Shown here: piece after piece, positions 18,062 through 28,100 of the stretch
Layout of the letters: every line of letters starts with the position of its first letter
Position numbering within the stretch: position 1 is the stretch's first letter
From: Chthoniobacteraceae bacterium
GTDB lineage: Bacteria; Verrucomicrobiota; Verrucomicrobiia; Chthoniobacterales; Chthoniobacteraceae
NCBI GenBank assembly: GCA_044338075.1
Contig: JBIIMJ010000003.1
Coordinates: 81,500-145,499 of the forward strand
Length of the DNA: 64,000 nt
Reading direction: 5' to 3'
The notes under the pieces: model-generated
Seen by the model: the letters and a program-made list of their open reading frames with translations, nothing else
What the model was told of the DNA's origin: nothing
Databases searched by the model: none
Program-made: the position numbers and the translations under genes

Positions 18062-20364
18062 CGATTCTTGCTGCCGCTGCCTGTGCTGCTCGGGTCAATG
18101 CTAATGGGCAGTTTCACGTCAGGAAGATCCTTGAGCGTGAAAGTGAGCACGACACCGTAGTCGTTCACATTTTTACCGCCTGCGCTGTTGTTGCGGGCGA
18201 GGACACCGAGGCTTGCAACCCAGCTCGATAGATCGCGGTGTAATTCATAGCGCTGGTTTTGGAGCACTCCATCGTTGAATTCGTAAGTTTCGCGGAAGCT
18301 AAAACCCCAGTTGTCGTTCAGACGAAAATAGCCACCGACGTCCAACAATGAACTGTCGCGGAAGAGCACATTTCCATCAAGGTAGCGGTGCCCGACATTG
18401 AACTGAACTTTGTCGTTCACAAAAAAGTTCGCACGCGAATTCACCTCCGTGAATCCCTCGTCGAGCAGAGGAAACTGGCTGTCCAAAGTAAAATTCACCC
18501 ATGTGAGCGGTGCCCAGCGCAGGCGGTTCACGATGTTGCTGAAGGTGCCGAGATCAGGTTCGAGGCCGCCAAATTCAGGACGGTCAAAACGGACATCGAA
18601 AAACGTGTCCATTTCGAGCCAGTTGATGGTGTTGTTGTCGCGCCGGGTCTGGAGGCGATTGCGCATTCCGAGGCGGAGGATGTTCCAGTCTTGAATCGAG
18701 TCTATTGAGTTAAATGAGGGGAATTCAATCGGTGGCGGTTGGGTCGAACGTTGGAGGCGGTCAAACTTCAGGATGTCCCGGCTATCTTCGCCGGCGCGCA
18801 CAAAGCTCAAATCCATATAAGGCTGCACGACGTGGCGAAGACCATCGAGACCAAGCGTGCGATTCTGCACATCCTCATAAGCGCGCGATGCTTTGAACGA
18901 CATCTCCAGACCGGCATTCGCCACAGGGCGGAAAACAGAGCCTTCTTTCACGAGCCGTTCCGTCACGCGCTTGACGGTCTGTGTCGTGCCGTCGGCGAGC
19001 GTTACAGTCACATTGTCCTCGAAGGGAGTGATGACACCGCTTTCCGAATACCAAGTGCCGCGAACACCAATGCGCGGAACCACGCTCAGCCAGCCACCAA
19101 AAGTATGCGGAAGCAGTAACTGATGGAACGTGTCGAAGCGCGTGGCGTCGTAATCTTGCGCGATGGAACTGTCTGCAAAGTTACGGTTGTAGCGCCCGAC
19201 ACTGGTCTCGCCTTGGTAAAATATCTTCGAGCCAAAAAGCGGCTGGCGTGTGATGTCCAATGCCAGTTCGGGCAGCCGCTCGGTGCCGTCGAGAAACTCA
19301 TTCAACTGGCTGCGAACCAAAAATGTCAGCTCGTAGTCGTCACCCAGCTTGGTGAGCGAAAGTGCATTGTCAGGATTTGGGTTTTCCCGGAACTCCCCCT
19401 CATAGAAATCCTGCAAAAGCCGCTCATCGCTCAGTTTGTTGATGTCCACGGTCGCGTAAATGTCATCAGTAAAATACTGCCGAGCCTGTAAACTCACGCG
19501 GTAGCGACTGGATTCTACAGACTCACGTGCAAGCGCTGTGTTGTTTTCGTCAGGGTTCGAGTCATCCAGAACGTAGCTCCTGAAGCGGCCCCAGTTCTGT
19601 TTTTTTTCACCGTCCTCCCATTCCGTCTCGAAGCCGAGCGCTGCGCCTCGCGTGCTGCGCATATCCAATCGGATGGTGCCGCCCATCGTATCCGAAATTG
19701 GGAAGGTATAATTGGTGAGCGCATAGGCACCCCACGTCGAACTGTATCCCGGCGTGATCGTGAATGCGTTCGCTTTGTTCAGCGATTGGTAGAGATAGGG
19801 GAACCAAAACACCGGCGTGTTGCCAATGTAGAGTTTCATGTCCTGAAAAACGACGTGGTCTTTCGGATAAATGCGCGCGCGCCTCGCTCTGACTGACCAG
19901 TCTGGATTCGCGGAATCGCTCGTCGTGAAGACGCCTTCTTTGACCAGATAACCGGTTCCACCGGGGATGTTTTGAAAGCTCGTGCTGGAAAATTTGAAAG
20001 GCAGCGACTCGCCACGCGATGAAGCGGCGATGATATCTTTGGACTCCAAATTATAGACTGCACGCTCCGCCGTCACGAGTTGTCCCTCGCGGTAAATGCG
20101 CACGTTCCCCGTCGCGATTACATCGCGCGAGTTCGGGTCGTATTGCGCCTCGTCGCAGTAGATCGTCGTCGCACCGTAGGTGATTTGGACATTACCCGAC
20201 GCCGTCGAGAGTTGCCCGGAGGCGCCCATGCGCTCAGCTGCGATATCAATCGGGATGTCCGAAAACTTCCAAAAAAGATCATCCTCCCCTGCTGGTTGCT
20301 GCGCGAACGCGGCACCGACGAGGCCGAAAGTAGCGAGGGCGAGGGCGGTATATTTCATGAACAA
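18058..20364 (-). CDS. lptD: LPS-assembly outer-membrane protein LptD (OstA family)
   Basis: Signal peptide MFMKYTALALATFGLVGAAFAQQ. OstA-like N-domain (GNVQITYGATTIYCDEAQYD...GNVRIYREGQLVTAERAVYN). Long aromatic/Gly-rich beta-barrel-type C-terminal region. Confidence 0.75.
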   Translation of the reverse strand: MFMKYTALALATFGLVGAAFAQQPAGEDDLFWKFSDIPIDIAAERMGASGQLSTASGNVQITYGATTIYCDEAQYDPNSRDVIATGNVRIYREGQLVTAERAVYNLESKDIIAASSRGESLPFKFSSTSFQNIPGGTGYLVKEGVFTTSDSANPDWSVRARRARIYPKDHVVFQDMKLYIGNTPVFWFPYLYQSLNKANAFTITPGYSSTWGAYALTNYTFPISDTMGGTIRLDMRSTRGAALGFETEWEDGEKKQNWGRFRSYVLDDSNPDENNTALARESVESSRYRVSLQARQYFTDDIYATVDINKLSDERLLQDFYEGEFRENPNPDNALSLTKLGDDYELTFLVRSQLNEFLDGTERLPELALDITRQPLFGSKIFYQGETSVGRYNRNFADSSIAQDYDATRFDTFHQLLLPHTFGGWLSVVPRIGVRGTWYSESGVITPFEDNVTVTLADGTTQTVKRVTERLVKEGSVFRPVANAGLEMSFKASRAYEDVQNRTLGLDGLRHVVQPYMDLSFVRAGEDSRDILKFDRLQRSTQPPPIEFPSFNSIDSIQDWNILRLGMRNRLQTRRDNNTINWLEMDTFFDVRFDRPEFGGLEPDLGTFSNIVNRLRWAPLTWVNFTLDSQFPLLDEGFTEVNSRANFFVNDKVQFNVGHRYLDGNVLFRDSSLLDVGGYFRLNDNWGFSFRETYEFNDGVLQNQRYELHRDLSSWVASLGVLARNNSAGGKNVNDYGVVLTFTLKDLPDVKLPISIDPSSTGSGSKNR

Positions 20365-20467
20365 GGCGCGGAGGCTAGCCGTGACTCAATGCGCAAGGCA
20401 ATCGAGAATAAGTGCCCTGTCTCCACGCTCGACACCTGACGTGCGCACAGCCACGTTCCGCGACCCG

Positions 20468-21346
20468 ATGACCGACGCACAACGCACTTTCATTCGCCGT
20501 TTCAGCAGCACAGCCGTGCTGTGGACTGCGTTGCTTTGGACAATTTTTACCGGCTGGGAGCCCGGCTTTGTCCTGCTCATCGCGGGGCTGGGGCTGGTCG
20601 GACTTTGGGAATATTACTGCATGCTCGATGCGGGAAAGCGCCCGGCTTTCAAAATGTTCGGCATGTTTTGCGGGGCGCTCATGCTCGGCGGCTCATTCTA
20701 CTGGCTCGCCTGGGCAAAGCAAAAACCCGAGGGGCTCTACAATTTTGAAGTCGGCACGCTGCTCCTTTTCCTCCTCGTCGTTTTCGGGCGGCAGATGTTT
20801 CTCAAACGCCCCGACCTCGTCCCGCTGGAGACGATGGCCTTCACGCTGTTCGGCCTCTTTTATGTGCCGTGGCCATTCAGCTACGTCGCTAAAATTGTCT
20901 ATCTCACACCGGCGGCGGACGGCCATGTCACCGGCCATTGGTATGTGCTCTTCCTCGTGCTCGTCACGAAATTCAGCGACATGGGCGCTTATCTCACCGG
21001 CTCGCTCATCGGCAAACATCAGCTCGTCCCGCACATTTCACCGAAGAAAACGTGGGAGGGTTTCTTTGGTGCACTCGCATTCAGCGTCGGCGGCGGCTGC
21101 GGGCTTGTCGCGCTGATGCCACAAAAACTTGCGCTCATCAGCTACACCCACGCCATCGTGCTGGGCCTCGTGCTCGGTCTAGCGGCAGTCATCGGCGATC
21201 TTGCTGAATCGCTCATCAAACGAAGCTGCGGCGTGAAAGACAGCGGACGCTTCCTCCCCGGAATCGGCGGCGCGCTCGACCTCATTGATAGCATCCTTTT
21301 CACGGCCCCCATGATGTATTTCTACATGCGTTTCATAGTGAGATGA
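20468..21346 (+). CDS. cdsA: phosphatidate cytidylyltransferase
   Basis: Polytopic membrane protein with the signature SDMGAYLTGSLIGKHQLVPHISPKKTWEG. Start moved to ATG 20468; the track ORF 20180 overlaps lptD. Confidence 0.9.
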   Translation: MTDAQRTFIRRFSSTAVLWTALLWTIFTGWEPGFVLLIAGLGLVGLWEYYCMLDAGKRPAFKMFGMFCGALMLGGSFYWLAWAKQKPEGLYNFEVGTLLLFLLVVFGRQMFLKRPDLVPLETMAFTLFGLFYVPWPFSYVAKIVYLTPAADGHVTGHWYVLFLVLVTKFSDMGAYLTGSLIGKHQLVPHISPKKTWEGFFGALAFSVGGGCGLVALMPQKLALISYTHAIVLGLVLGLAAVIGDLAESLIKRSCGVKDSGRFLPGIGGALDLIDSILFTAPMMYFYMRFIVR

Positions 21347-22518
21347 GCAAGCGCCGCGTCGTCATCCTCGGAAGCACGGGCAGCATCGGTGAAAGCGCGC
21401 TGAAAGTCGCGCGCGACATCCCCGAGCGCATGGAAATCGTCGGCCTCGCAGCCGGAAAAAATGCTGTCCGTCTCGCCGAACAAGTGCGCGAATTTTCCCC
21501 AAAGGCCGCCGCGCTCGGAGATTCTTCGTCGGCAGAAATTCCTCATCCGTCGTTCCCCTGTCCGCTCTATTTTGGCGAGGCTGGTCTCATCGAACTCGCC
21601 ACGCTCCCCGAAGCCGATCTCGTCCTCATCTCCATCGTCGGAACCGCCGGACTGCGCCCTGCGCTCGCAGCCATCGAGGCGGGGAAAGACATCGCCGTTG
21701 CGAGCAAAGAAATCCTCGTCATGGCTGGTGAGACCATCATGACGGCGGCCCGCAAACGCGGAGTGAAAGTCCTGCCCGTGGACAGCGAGCACAACGCCAT
21801 TTTCCAATGCCTCGAAGGCCGCAATAGCGATCAAGTGCGCCGCATCATCCTCACCGCGAGCGGCGGCCCGTTTCGCCTAAAACCCGCCGCCGAACTGGCG
21901 AGCGTGACGCCCGAGCAGGCGCTGAAACATCCCACTTGGAACATGGGCGCGAAAATCACCGTAGACTCCGCGACGCTCTTTAATAAAGGGCTGGAGATGA
22001 TCGAGGCGCGCTGGCTTTTCGATGTGGAAATGGCGCGCGTGGACGTCGTCGTTCATCCGCAGAGCATCGTCCATTCGATGGTTGAGTTTGTGGACAACTC
22101 CATCCTCGCCCAACTCAGCGCGACCGACATGTGCTTCCCCATCCAATACGCCGTCACGTGGCCCGAGCGCCTGCCGAACCGCCTGCCGCCGCTTGATTTC
22201 GCCGCACTCGGCGCACTCACCTTCGAGCCGCCGCGCTGCGCAGACTTCCCCGCTCTCGATCTCGCCCGCTGGGCTGGCGAAACCGGCGGCACACTCCCCG
22301 CCGTCCTAAACGCCGCCAACGAAATCGCCGTCGCCTCCTTCCTCGAACGCCGCTGCTCCTTTCCAGCCATCTGGCAAACCGTAGAGCGCGTGATGAAAGC
22401 ACACGCCGTCATCGCGCACGCCACGCTCGAAGAAATCCTCTCCGCCGACCAGTGGGCACGCACCTGCGCGAGCGAACTAATGAACAAACCGCGTGAAACT
22501 CTGTCCACACCTGCCTAA
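21343..22518 (+). CDS. dxr: 1-deoxy-D-xylulose 5-phosphate reductoisomerase
   Basis: VVILGSTGSIGESAL NADPH-binding N-terminus, LPVDSEHNAIFQ, 391 aa. ATGA overlap with cdsA. Confidence 0.95.
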   Translation: MSKRRVVILGSTGSIGESALKVARDIPERMEIVGLAAGKNAVRLAEQVREFSPKAAALGDSSSAEIPHPSFPCPLYFGEAGLIELATLPEADLVLISIVGTAGLRPALAAIEAGKDIAVASKEILVMAGETIMTAARKRGVKVLPVDSEHNAIFQCLEGRNSDQVRRIILTASGGPFRLKPAAELASVTPEQALKHPTWNMGAKITVDSATLFNKGLEMIEARWLFDVEMARVDVVVHPQSIVHSMVEFVDNSILAQLSATDMCFPIQYAVTWPERLPNRLPPLDFAALGALTFEPPRCADFPALDLARWAGETGGTLPAVLNAANEIAVASFLERRCSFPAIWQTVERVMKAHAVIAHATLEEILSADQWARTCASELMNKPRETLSTPA

Positions 22519-22530
22519 ATAACCATCCAC

Positions 22531-24216
22531 ATGTTTTTCAGCGTCCTCAAATTTATCGGCATCTTCCTCGAAGTGGTGCTGTTGTTTAACTTCGTCATCT
22601 TCTTCCACGAACTCGGTCACTTCCTCGCCGCAAAATGGCGCGGACTCATCGTCGAGGAATTCGCAATTTGGTTTGGAAAACCCATCTGGCGGAAAAAAAT
22701 TGGCGGCGTCTGGTTTTCGCTGAACTCGATTCCGTTTGGCGGCTACGTGAAGCTGCCGCAGCTCGCGAATGGCGACATCGAAGGCTCAACGGAATATCCA
22801 GCAGGGACGATTCCCGTCGCAAAGCCGAAGGACAAAATCATCGTCGCCGCAGCCGGGCCGCTGTTCTCTTTTTTGCTGGCGTGCATTTTCGCAGTCATCG
22901 TCTGGCAAATCGGCTACCCGATGCGCGAAGAAGCGAGCACAACTGTAGTCGGTTTTGTGGCTAAGGATTCGCCTGCGGAAAAGGCGGGTATGAAAGCGGG
23001 AGACAAAATTGTCTCGATTGATGGCATCCCGGTGAAACGTTGGATTGGTCAGGGGAATGACGCGATCATGTGGCGCGTCGTCCGCAGCGAGGGCGACACG
23101 GTTCCAGTAGTGGTGATCCGTGACGGAAAAGAACTGAAACTGGACACCTCACCAACCCGCCCGGAGAAGACTATTTTAACGCGGCGGAAAACTCGCGAAC
23201 TCGGAATCGCACCTGCAACAACGCCGTTCGTCAGCAAAGTGGATCCGAACAGCCCTGCGGCGACTGCAGGTCTTTTACCTCGCGATTTTATCACGCATGT
23301 GAACGGCACTGAACTGGTCACACCAACCGGCATCTCCGACTTTCTCGCAGAAAATCCATCCGATGAGTTGGAACTGACAGTCGAGCGCGGCACGAAGAAC
23401 TACGCCAAGATTCTCAAAGTCCCTTTCCGCCCAAACCTTCCGATCATCGGCCACATCGAGCCTGACAGCCCGGCAGAGCGTGTGGGCCTCAAAAAACATG
23501 ACGTCGTGCTGAGCATAGACGGCAAGCCGCTCAAATCTTCGACGGCTCTTTTGAAATACGTGCAGGGACAAAAAAAGGAGCCGATGAAATTTGTCGTGGA
23601 GCGTGATGGAAATGCACTGCCGGAAATCACGGTGACTCCTGCCGAGGCGAAGCTGGAGGAAGGCGGAACACGCCCCCGCATCGGGATCGCATTCGATGAT
23701 AAATTCGGAATCACCTACGATCCTTACGGAAAAGGCGACACACGACATCCGGGGCCTGTGGAGCAAATCCGTGCGAGCGCGACCGCTATTTTTAACACGT
23801 TCGGCGCAGTCACGAGCAGCAAGAGCGACATCAGCATCCAGCATCTCGGCGGACCGGTGATGATGATGCGCGTGTATTATCTTTTGTTTGAACAGACAGA
23901 TGGCTGGAAGCTCGCGCTCTGGTTCTCCGTCATTCTCAACGTGAACCTCGCTTTGATGAACCTGCTGCCGATTCCTCCGCTCGACGGCAGCCACATTACC
24001 TTTGCCACCATCGCCGCGCTGAAAGGCAGGCCCGAAGCCGCTGATGAACTTGCAAACAGCAAGCCCGTGCAATGGTTCGTCACCGCCGGAACGATGCTCA
24101 TTCTCGGCTTCATGCTTTACGTGACTTTCTTCGATTTGCAGGACGTTTTCGGCGGACGAAAGTCGGACAAATTCCCATACGCCGACAAAGCCCAGCCCGA
24201 GGCCCCGGCCAAGTAG
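22531..24216 (+). CDS. rseP: RIP site-2 metalloprotease RseP (M50) with three PDZ-like modules
   Basis: HELGHFLAAK zinc motif. Three DSPA/NSPA PDZ carboxylate-loop regions (KDSPAEKAGMKAGD, PNSPAATAGLLPRD, PDSPAERVGLKKHD). C-terminal LPIPPLDG motif. Confidence 0.9.
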   Translation: MFFSVLKFIGIFLEVVLLFNFVIFFHELGHFLAAKWRGLIVEEFAIWFGKPIWRKKIGGVWFSLNSIPFGGYVKLPQLANGDIEGSTEYPAGTIPVAKPKDKIIVAAAGPLFSFLLACIFAVIVWQIGYPMREEASTTVVGFVAKDSPAEKAGMKAGDKIVSIDGIPVKRWIGQGNDAIMWRVVRSEGDTVPVVVIRDGKELKLDTSPTRPEKTILTRRKTRELGIAPATTPFVSKVDPNSPAATAGLLPRDFITHVNGTELVTPTGISDFLAENPSDELELTVERGTKNYAKILKVPFRPNLPIIGHIEPDSPAERVGLKKHDVVLSIDGKPLKSSTALLKYVQGQKKEPMKFVVERDGNALPEITVTPAEAKLEEGGTRPRIGIAFDDKFGITYDPYGKGDTRHPGPVEQIRASATAIFNTFGAVTSSKSDISIQHLGGPVMMMRVYYLLFEQTDGWKLALWFSVILNVNLALMNLLPIPPLDGSHITFATIAALKGRPEAADELANSKPVQWFVTAGTMLILGFMLYVTFFDLQDVFGGRKSDKFPYADKAQPEAPAK

Positions 24217-24220
24217 CGCG

Positions 24221-25993
24221 ATGGAATACTGCCCTTCGCCCTACAGCTACCGGCGGCGGAAATCGCGGGTCGTCCGCGCTGGAGGAGTCGCCATCGGCGG
24301 CGAAAATCCCGTGCGCGTGCAGAGCATGATCACGTGCGACACGATGGACACCGCCGCGTCCATCCAGCAGACACTCGACCTCGTCGCCGTCGGCTGTGAG
24401 ATCGTCCGCATCACCGCACCCACCGTCAAAGACGCCGCGAATCTCCAGCACATCGTCGCCGGACTCCGCGAGCGCGGCTGCAACGTTCCCATCGTCGCCG
24501 ACATTCATTTCAAACCCGAAGCCGCGATGGAGGCCGCGAAGTGGGTCGAGAAAGTCCGCATCAACCCCGGCAACTACGCCGACTCGAAAAAATTTGCGGT
24601 TAAGGAATACACCGACTCCGAATACGAAGCCGAGCTGGGCCGCATTCGCGAACGCTTCGCGCCGCTGGCGAAATTTTGCAAGGAGCACGGACGCGCGATG
24701 CGCATCGGCACAAATCACGGCTCGCTTTCGGATCGCATCATGAACCGCTACGGCGACACGCCGCTCGGCATGGTAGAGAGCGCGCTGGAGTTCGCCCGCA
24801 TCGCCCGCGAATTCGACTATCACGAATTCGTCTTTTCGATGAAATCGAGCAACCCGAAGGTGATGATCGAAGCGTATCGGCTGCTTGTGGCGCGACTGGC
24901 GCAGGAGGGAGCGGACTGGAATTATCCGATTCACCTCGGTGTGACTGAGGCTGGCGATGGCGAGGATGCGCGCATCAAGAGCGCCATCGGCATCGGCTCG
25001 CTGTTGCTAGATGGCATCGGCGATACGATTCGCGTTTCGCTCACCGAGGACAGCGTTCACGAAATTCCCGTCGCCAAAAAACTCGTCGCCTGTGCATCGG
25101 GCATCGCGCCGACTTCGCCGAAAATCGAACCAACACCAAAGCACGATCCTTTCACTTACCGCCGTCGCGAAACGCTGCCCGTGACCATCGCAGGCACGGA
25201 GATCGGCGGTGAGCACGTGATGAAAGTTCTCACCACGCCGGAAATTTATGCCGTGCTCGCGCACAAGATCGATCAACTCGGCGACTACAAACCCGACGGC
25301 GTGCTCGACCGCACACGCAATGCCTCGGGCATCGTCGAAGTGGACCCCGAGGACGACGCAGCCATCGCCGCGCTCAACGCCTCGCCCGAGCCAAAGCTCG
25401 TCACCGTCCGCCCGCTTTCGCGACTCACACACCCGACCGTCGCCTTCCGCACGCTCGCTGCGAAACTCGATGAACGTCATCCCATTCTCCTCACCGAAGA
25501 CCTCTGCCCACCCGAGACACGCAACCCGCAGCCGGACTTCGTGGACTACCTCCTCGAAACTTCCGCCACGCTAGGCAGCCTCATCTGCGACGGCATCGGC
25601 GACGCCGTGCTGCTCACCCGCTGGGACGGCCCCGGCCAGCTCCTGCGCGTTTCTTTCAATCTGCTGCAAGCAGCCGGAGCGCGCATCTTCAAGACCGACT
25701 ACGTCGCGTGCCCGAGCTGCGGACGCACCCTGTTTAATTTGCAGGAAACGACCGCGCTCATCAAAGCCGCCACCTCGCATCTCAAGGGCGTGAAAATCGC
25801 CATCATGGGCTGCATCGTGAATGGCCCCGGCGAAATGGCAGACGCGGATTTCGGCTACGTCGGCGGCGCACCCGCGAAGATCAATCTCTACGTCGGAAAG
25901 AAGCCGGTGAAGTTCAACATCCCGCAAGCCGAGGCTGTCGCACGCCTGGTGGATTTGATCAAAGAGCACGGCAAGTGGGTCGAGCCGGCATAA
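24221..25993 (+). CDS. ispG: 4-hydroxy-3-methylbut-2-enyl diphosphate synthase, long form with an inserted domain
   Basis: N-terminal TIM-barrel motifs (VRVQSMITCDT, RITAPT), a central insertion of about 200 aa, and the C-terminal FeS cysteines in YVACPSCGRT...GCIVNGPGE. Confidence 0.95.
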   Translation: MEYCPSPYSYRRRKSRVVRAGGVAIGGENPVRVQSMITCDTMDTAASIQQTLDLVAVGCEIVRITAPTVKDAANLQHIVAGLRERGCNVPIVADIHFKPEAAMEAAKWVEKVRINPGNYADSKKFAVKEYTDSEYEAELGRIRERFAPLAKFCKEHGRAMRIGTNHGSLSDRIMNRYGDTPLGMVESALEFARIAREFDYHEFVFSMKSSNPKVMIEAYRLLVARLAQEGADWNYPIHLGVTEAGDGEDARIKSAIGIGSLLLDGIGDTIRVSLTEDSVHEIPVAKKLVACASGIAPTSPKIEPTPKHDPFTYRRRETLPVTIAGTEIGGEHVMKVLTTPEIYAVLAHKIDQLGDYKPDGVLDRTRNASGIVEVDPEDDAAIAALNASPEPKLVTVRPLSRLTHPTVAFRTLAAKLDERHPILLTEDLCPPETRNPQPDFVDYLLETSATLGSLICDGIGDAVLLTRWDGPGQLLRVSFNLLQAAGARIFKTDYVACPSCGRTLFNLQETTALIKAATSHLKGVKIAIMGCIVNGPGEMADADFGYVGGAPAKINLYVGKKPVKFNIPQAEAVARLVDLIKEHGKWVEPA

Positions 25994-26043
25994 AACCGCC
26001 GCGCTTGCATCGCGGAGCACGCATCCTGCATTCTCCCGCCTCC

Positions 26044-27396
26044 ATGCCGTATCATTTCGCCATTCTCTGTGCATGTATTTTTGCGCTCACCGCATGTGAC
26101 CGCAAACCCACGCCCGCCCCCGCTACTCCGACTCCGGCTCCCACGCCAACGCCCGCACCGACACCAAAGCCGACTCCGACTCCGGTGCCCACGCCAACGC
26201 CGACTCCGACGCCGTATGTTCCGATGAAGAGCTTGATGACGGGGAATATTTTCAACGGCATTCATTTTAAGGCGAATCTCGAAACAAGCATCGGCACGAC
26301 AGCGACGGCTGAAAGAAACACGAACGATTCCTACACCGTCGAAGTGAACGTGAAGGTGAAAGTGCCCAAGGCGCATCAACAACTCGATGAGTTGCAAAAG
26401 CTGAACGACAAACTCGGAGCCGTGCTGCCCGGACTCGCGGAGATGCTGCCGACTGCGAAGGTATCTCCCGAGTTTGAAGAATTATATCGCAATAAAATCA
26501 CCTCGTTGCGGTCGAATTTGAACAGGCTCGACCAGCTTCTCTCACGGCACAATTTCTACGACTGCGAGACGATGCTCGACCTCCAGCATCCGGTCACAAA
26601 GCGCAAAGCCCTGCTCATTCAAGCGGACATGGACGTGGACACGGACGGCTCCGACGGCGACCGCATCCTGCCCGCCGACGGAAGCTCGCGGACATTCCAG
26701 CCTTTCACCAACTACCACTGGGAAAAGAAAACCCCCGTGCCGAATCCCTGCGTGACCGTGTGGGAAAAACGCATCGCCGAAAACGAAGCAAAGCTAAAAG
26801 ATCCCAAGAACGCAGCAGAATCACCCAAACTGAAAGCCGACATCGCGCGACTGCGCTCGGAGATTAAAGACATGCAGATGTTTAGCTATCTCGTGGGAGT
26901 GGCAGATCCGTTCATCGTGCTGCCGACGGCAATGTTTAGAAAAAACCGCGACGGCTACACGCCGACCATCGGCGACTACTGCGTGGTGATTATGGACGGG
27001 ACACTGTATCCGGCAGTCGTAGGCGACAAAGGCCCGCAGGCAAAAATGGGCGAAGCTTCACTGCGCATCTGCAAACAAATCAACGCCAGAGCCAATGGAG
27101 GCAACCGCCCGATCAACGATCTCAAGGCGACCTATCTCATCTTCCCCGGCACCGCTGAAAAACTCGCGCCCCCCAACCTCGCGCAATGGCGCACCCGCTG
27201 CGAAGCGCTGCTGAATGAAGTCGGCGGAATCGGTGGCGAACTTTTCACCTGGCAGGACATCACGCAGCCATCCGTGCCGCCCACCCCACCACCCGCGGCA
27301 GTCCCGCCAACACCACCAGTTCCACCGACGCCGACACCCGCTTCTCCAACACCTCCCGGCGCACCCGACGCGCCACCAGTAAACCCAACTCGTTGA
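26044..27396 (+). CDS. lipoprotein with a possible GH75-like (chitosanase-like) core, flanked by Pro/Thr linkers
   Basis: Lipobox LTAC in MPYHFAILCACIFALTAC. PT-rich tracts at both ends. Core motifs MDVDTDGSDG and VVIMDGTLYPAVVGDKGPQAKMGEASLRI. Start moved to ATG 26044. Confidence 0.7.
   Translation: MPYHFAILCACIFALTACDRKPTPAPATPTPAPTPTPAPTPKPTPTPVPTPTPTPTPYVPMKSLMTGNIFNGIHFKANLETSIGTTATAERNTNDSYTVEVNVKVKVPKAHQQLDELQKLNDKLGAVLPGLAEMLPTAKVSPEFEELYRNKITSLRSNLNRLDQLLSRHNFYDCETMLDLQHPVTKRKALLIQADMDVDTDGSDGDRILPADGSSRTFQPFTNYHWEKKTPVPNPCVTVWEKRIAENEAKLKDPKNAAESPKLKADIARLRSEIKDMQMFSYLVGVADPFIVLPTAMFRKNRDGYTPTIGDYCVVIMDGTLYPAVVGDKGPQAKMGEASLRICKQINARANGGNRPINDLKATYLIFPGTAEKLAPPNLAQWRTRCEALLNEVGGIGGELFTWQDITQPSVPPTPPPAAVPPTPPVPPTPTPASPTPPGAPDAPPVNPTR
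26104..26214 (+). repeat. coding low-complexity (Pro-Thr)n tract
   Basis: KPTPAPATPTPAPTPTPAPTPKPTPTPVPTPTPTPTP, encoded by degenerate ccg/acg/act repeats. A second P/T-rich tract lies at about 27270-27393. Confidence 0.9.
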
Positions 27397-27461
27397 ATAG
27401 AGAGCAAGGGGCGATGACATTCCTGTCGCAGAACTGAACCGTGCGGAGCGCTTGATACGAT

Positions 27462-28004
27462 TTATTCGATCCCCAGCTTTATCTTTCCCTCTGCGGAAAT
27501 CATGGAGGGATTCCACTGCGGATCCCAAGTGAGTTCGACGCTGGCGCTGGCGACTCCGGGGACGGTGAGGATGCGCTGCTCGGCGTCGCCGGCGAGCGTG
27601 GGGCCCATGCCGCAACCGGGGGCGGTGAGCGTCATTTTCACAGCGATGCGCTGGCCTTTTCCGCTTGGGTCTTCGCTCACGGCGACATCGTAAATGAGGC
27701 CGAGGTCCACGATGTTCACCGGAATCTCCGGGTCATAGCATTCGCGAAGTTGAGCCCATACTTTCTCGATCTCAAACGGCCCTTCGGCAGCGGCTGGCGC
27801 TGCGACTTCGCGACCGAGCGCATCTGCGTCGGCGCCCTGAATGCGAAAGATTCCACCGCGATCCGGCGCGACGACGGTGAATGAGCCGCCGAGTTCCTGC
27901 ATGATTTGCACGAGCGACTGCGCGGGCAGCGTGGTCACGAGACCCTCGGGGATTTTAATCGCCTGCACATCGCGAGTGAGCGCCAGATAGCCGTCAGAAT
28001 TCAT
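27462..28004 (-). CDS. sufT: Fe-S cluster assembly protein SufT (DUF59/MIP18 domain)
   Basis: C-terminal DUF59 motifs YDPEIPVNIVDLGLIY and TLTAPGCGMG, preceded by the N-domain of about 80 aa typical of SufT. 180 aa. Confidence 0.8.
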   Translation of the reverse strand: MNSDGYLALTRDVQAIKIPEGLVTTLPAQSLVQIMQELGGSFTVVAPDRGGIFRIQGADADALGREVAAPAAAEGPFEIEKVWAQLRECYDPEIPVNIVDLGLIYDVAVSEDPSGKGQRIAVKMTLTAPGCGMGPTLAGDAEQRILTVPGVASASVELTWDPQWNPSMISAEGKIKLGIE

Positions 28005-28100
28005 CGCGCCACGCTAACTGCAATGCGCAGAGCGGCGAGAGTTTTCGCACTCGCCAATGGTGCGAAGGCTGCTTATTCCACGGGTGGATTTTCCGTAACC

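Noticed and set aside
20180-20467. Long N-terminal extensions in the ORF track (here cdsA; similarly 16571, 25975, 27906, 29782-29841, 31443-31556, 39871-40062, 42147-42428, 49276-49356, 58666-58746)
   Set aside because: The extensions overlap neighbouring genes or are Arg-rich. Internal ATG starts give canonical N-termini such as signal peptides, lipoboxes or family-typical first motifs.
26104-26214. Short periodic DNA repeat that might be mistaken for a tandem repeat or CRISPR-like array
   Set aside because: It is in frame within a lipoprotein gene and encodes a (Pro-Thr)n linker. It has no spacer/repeat organisation.
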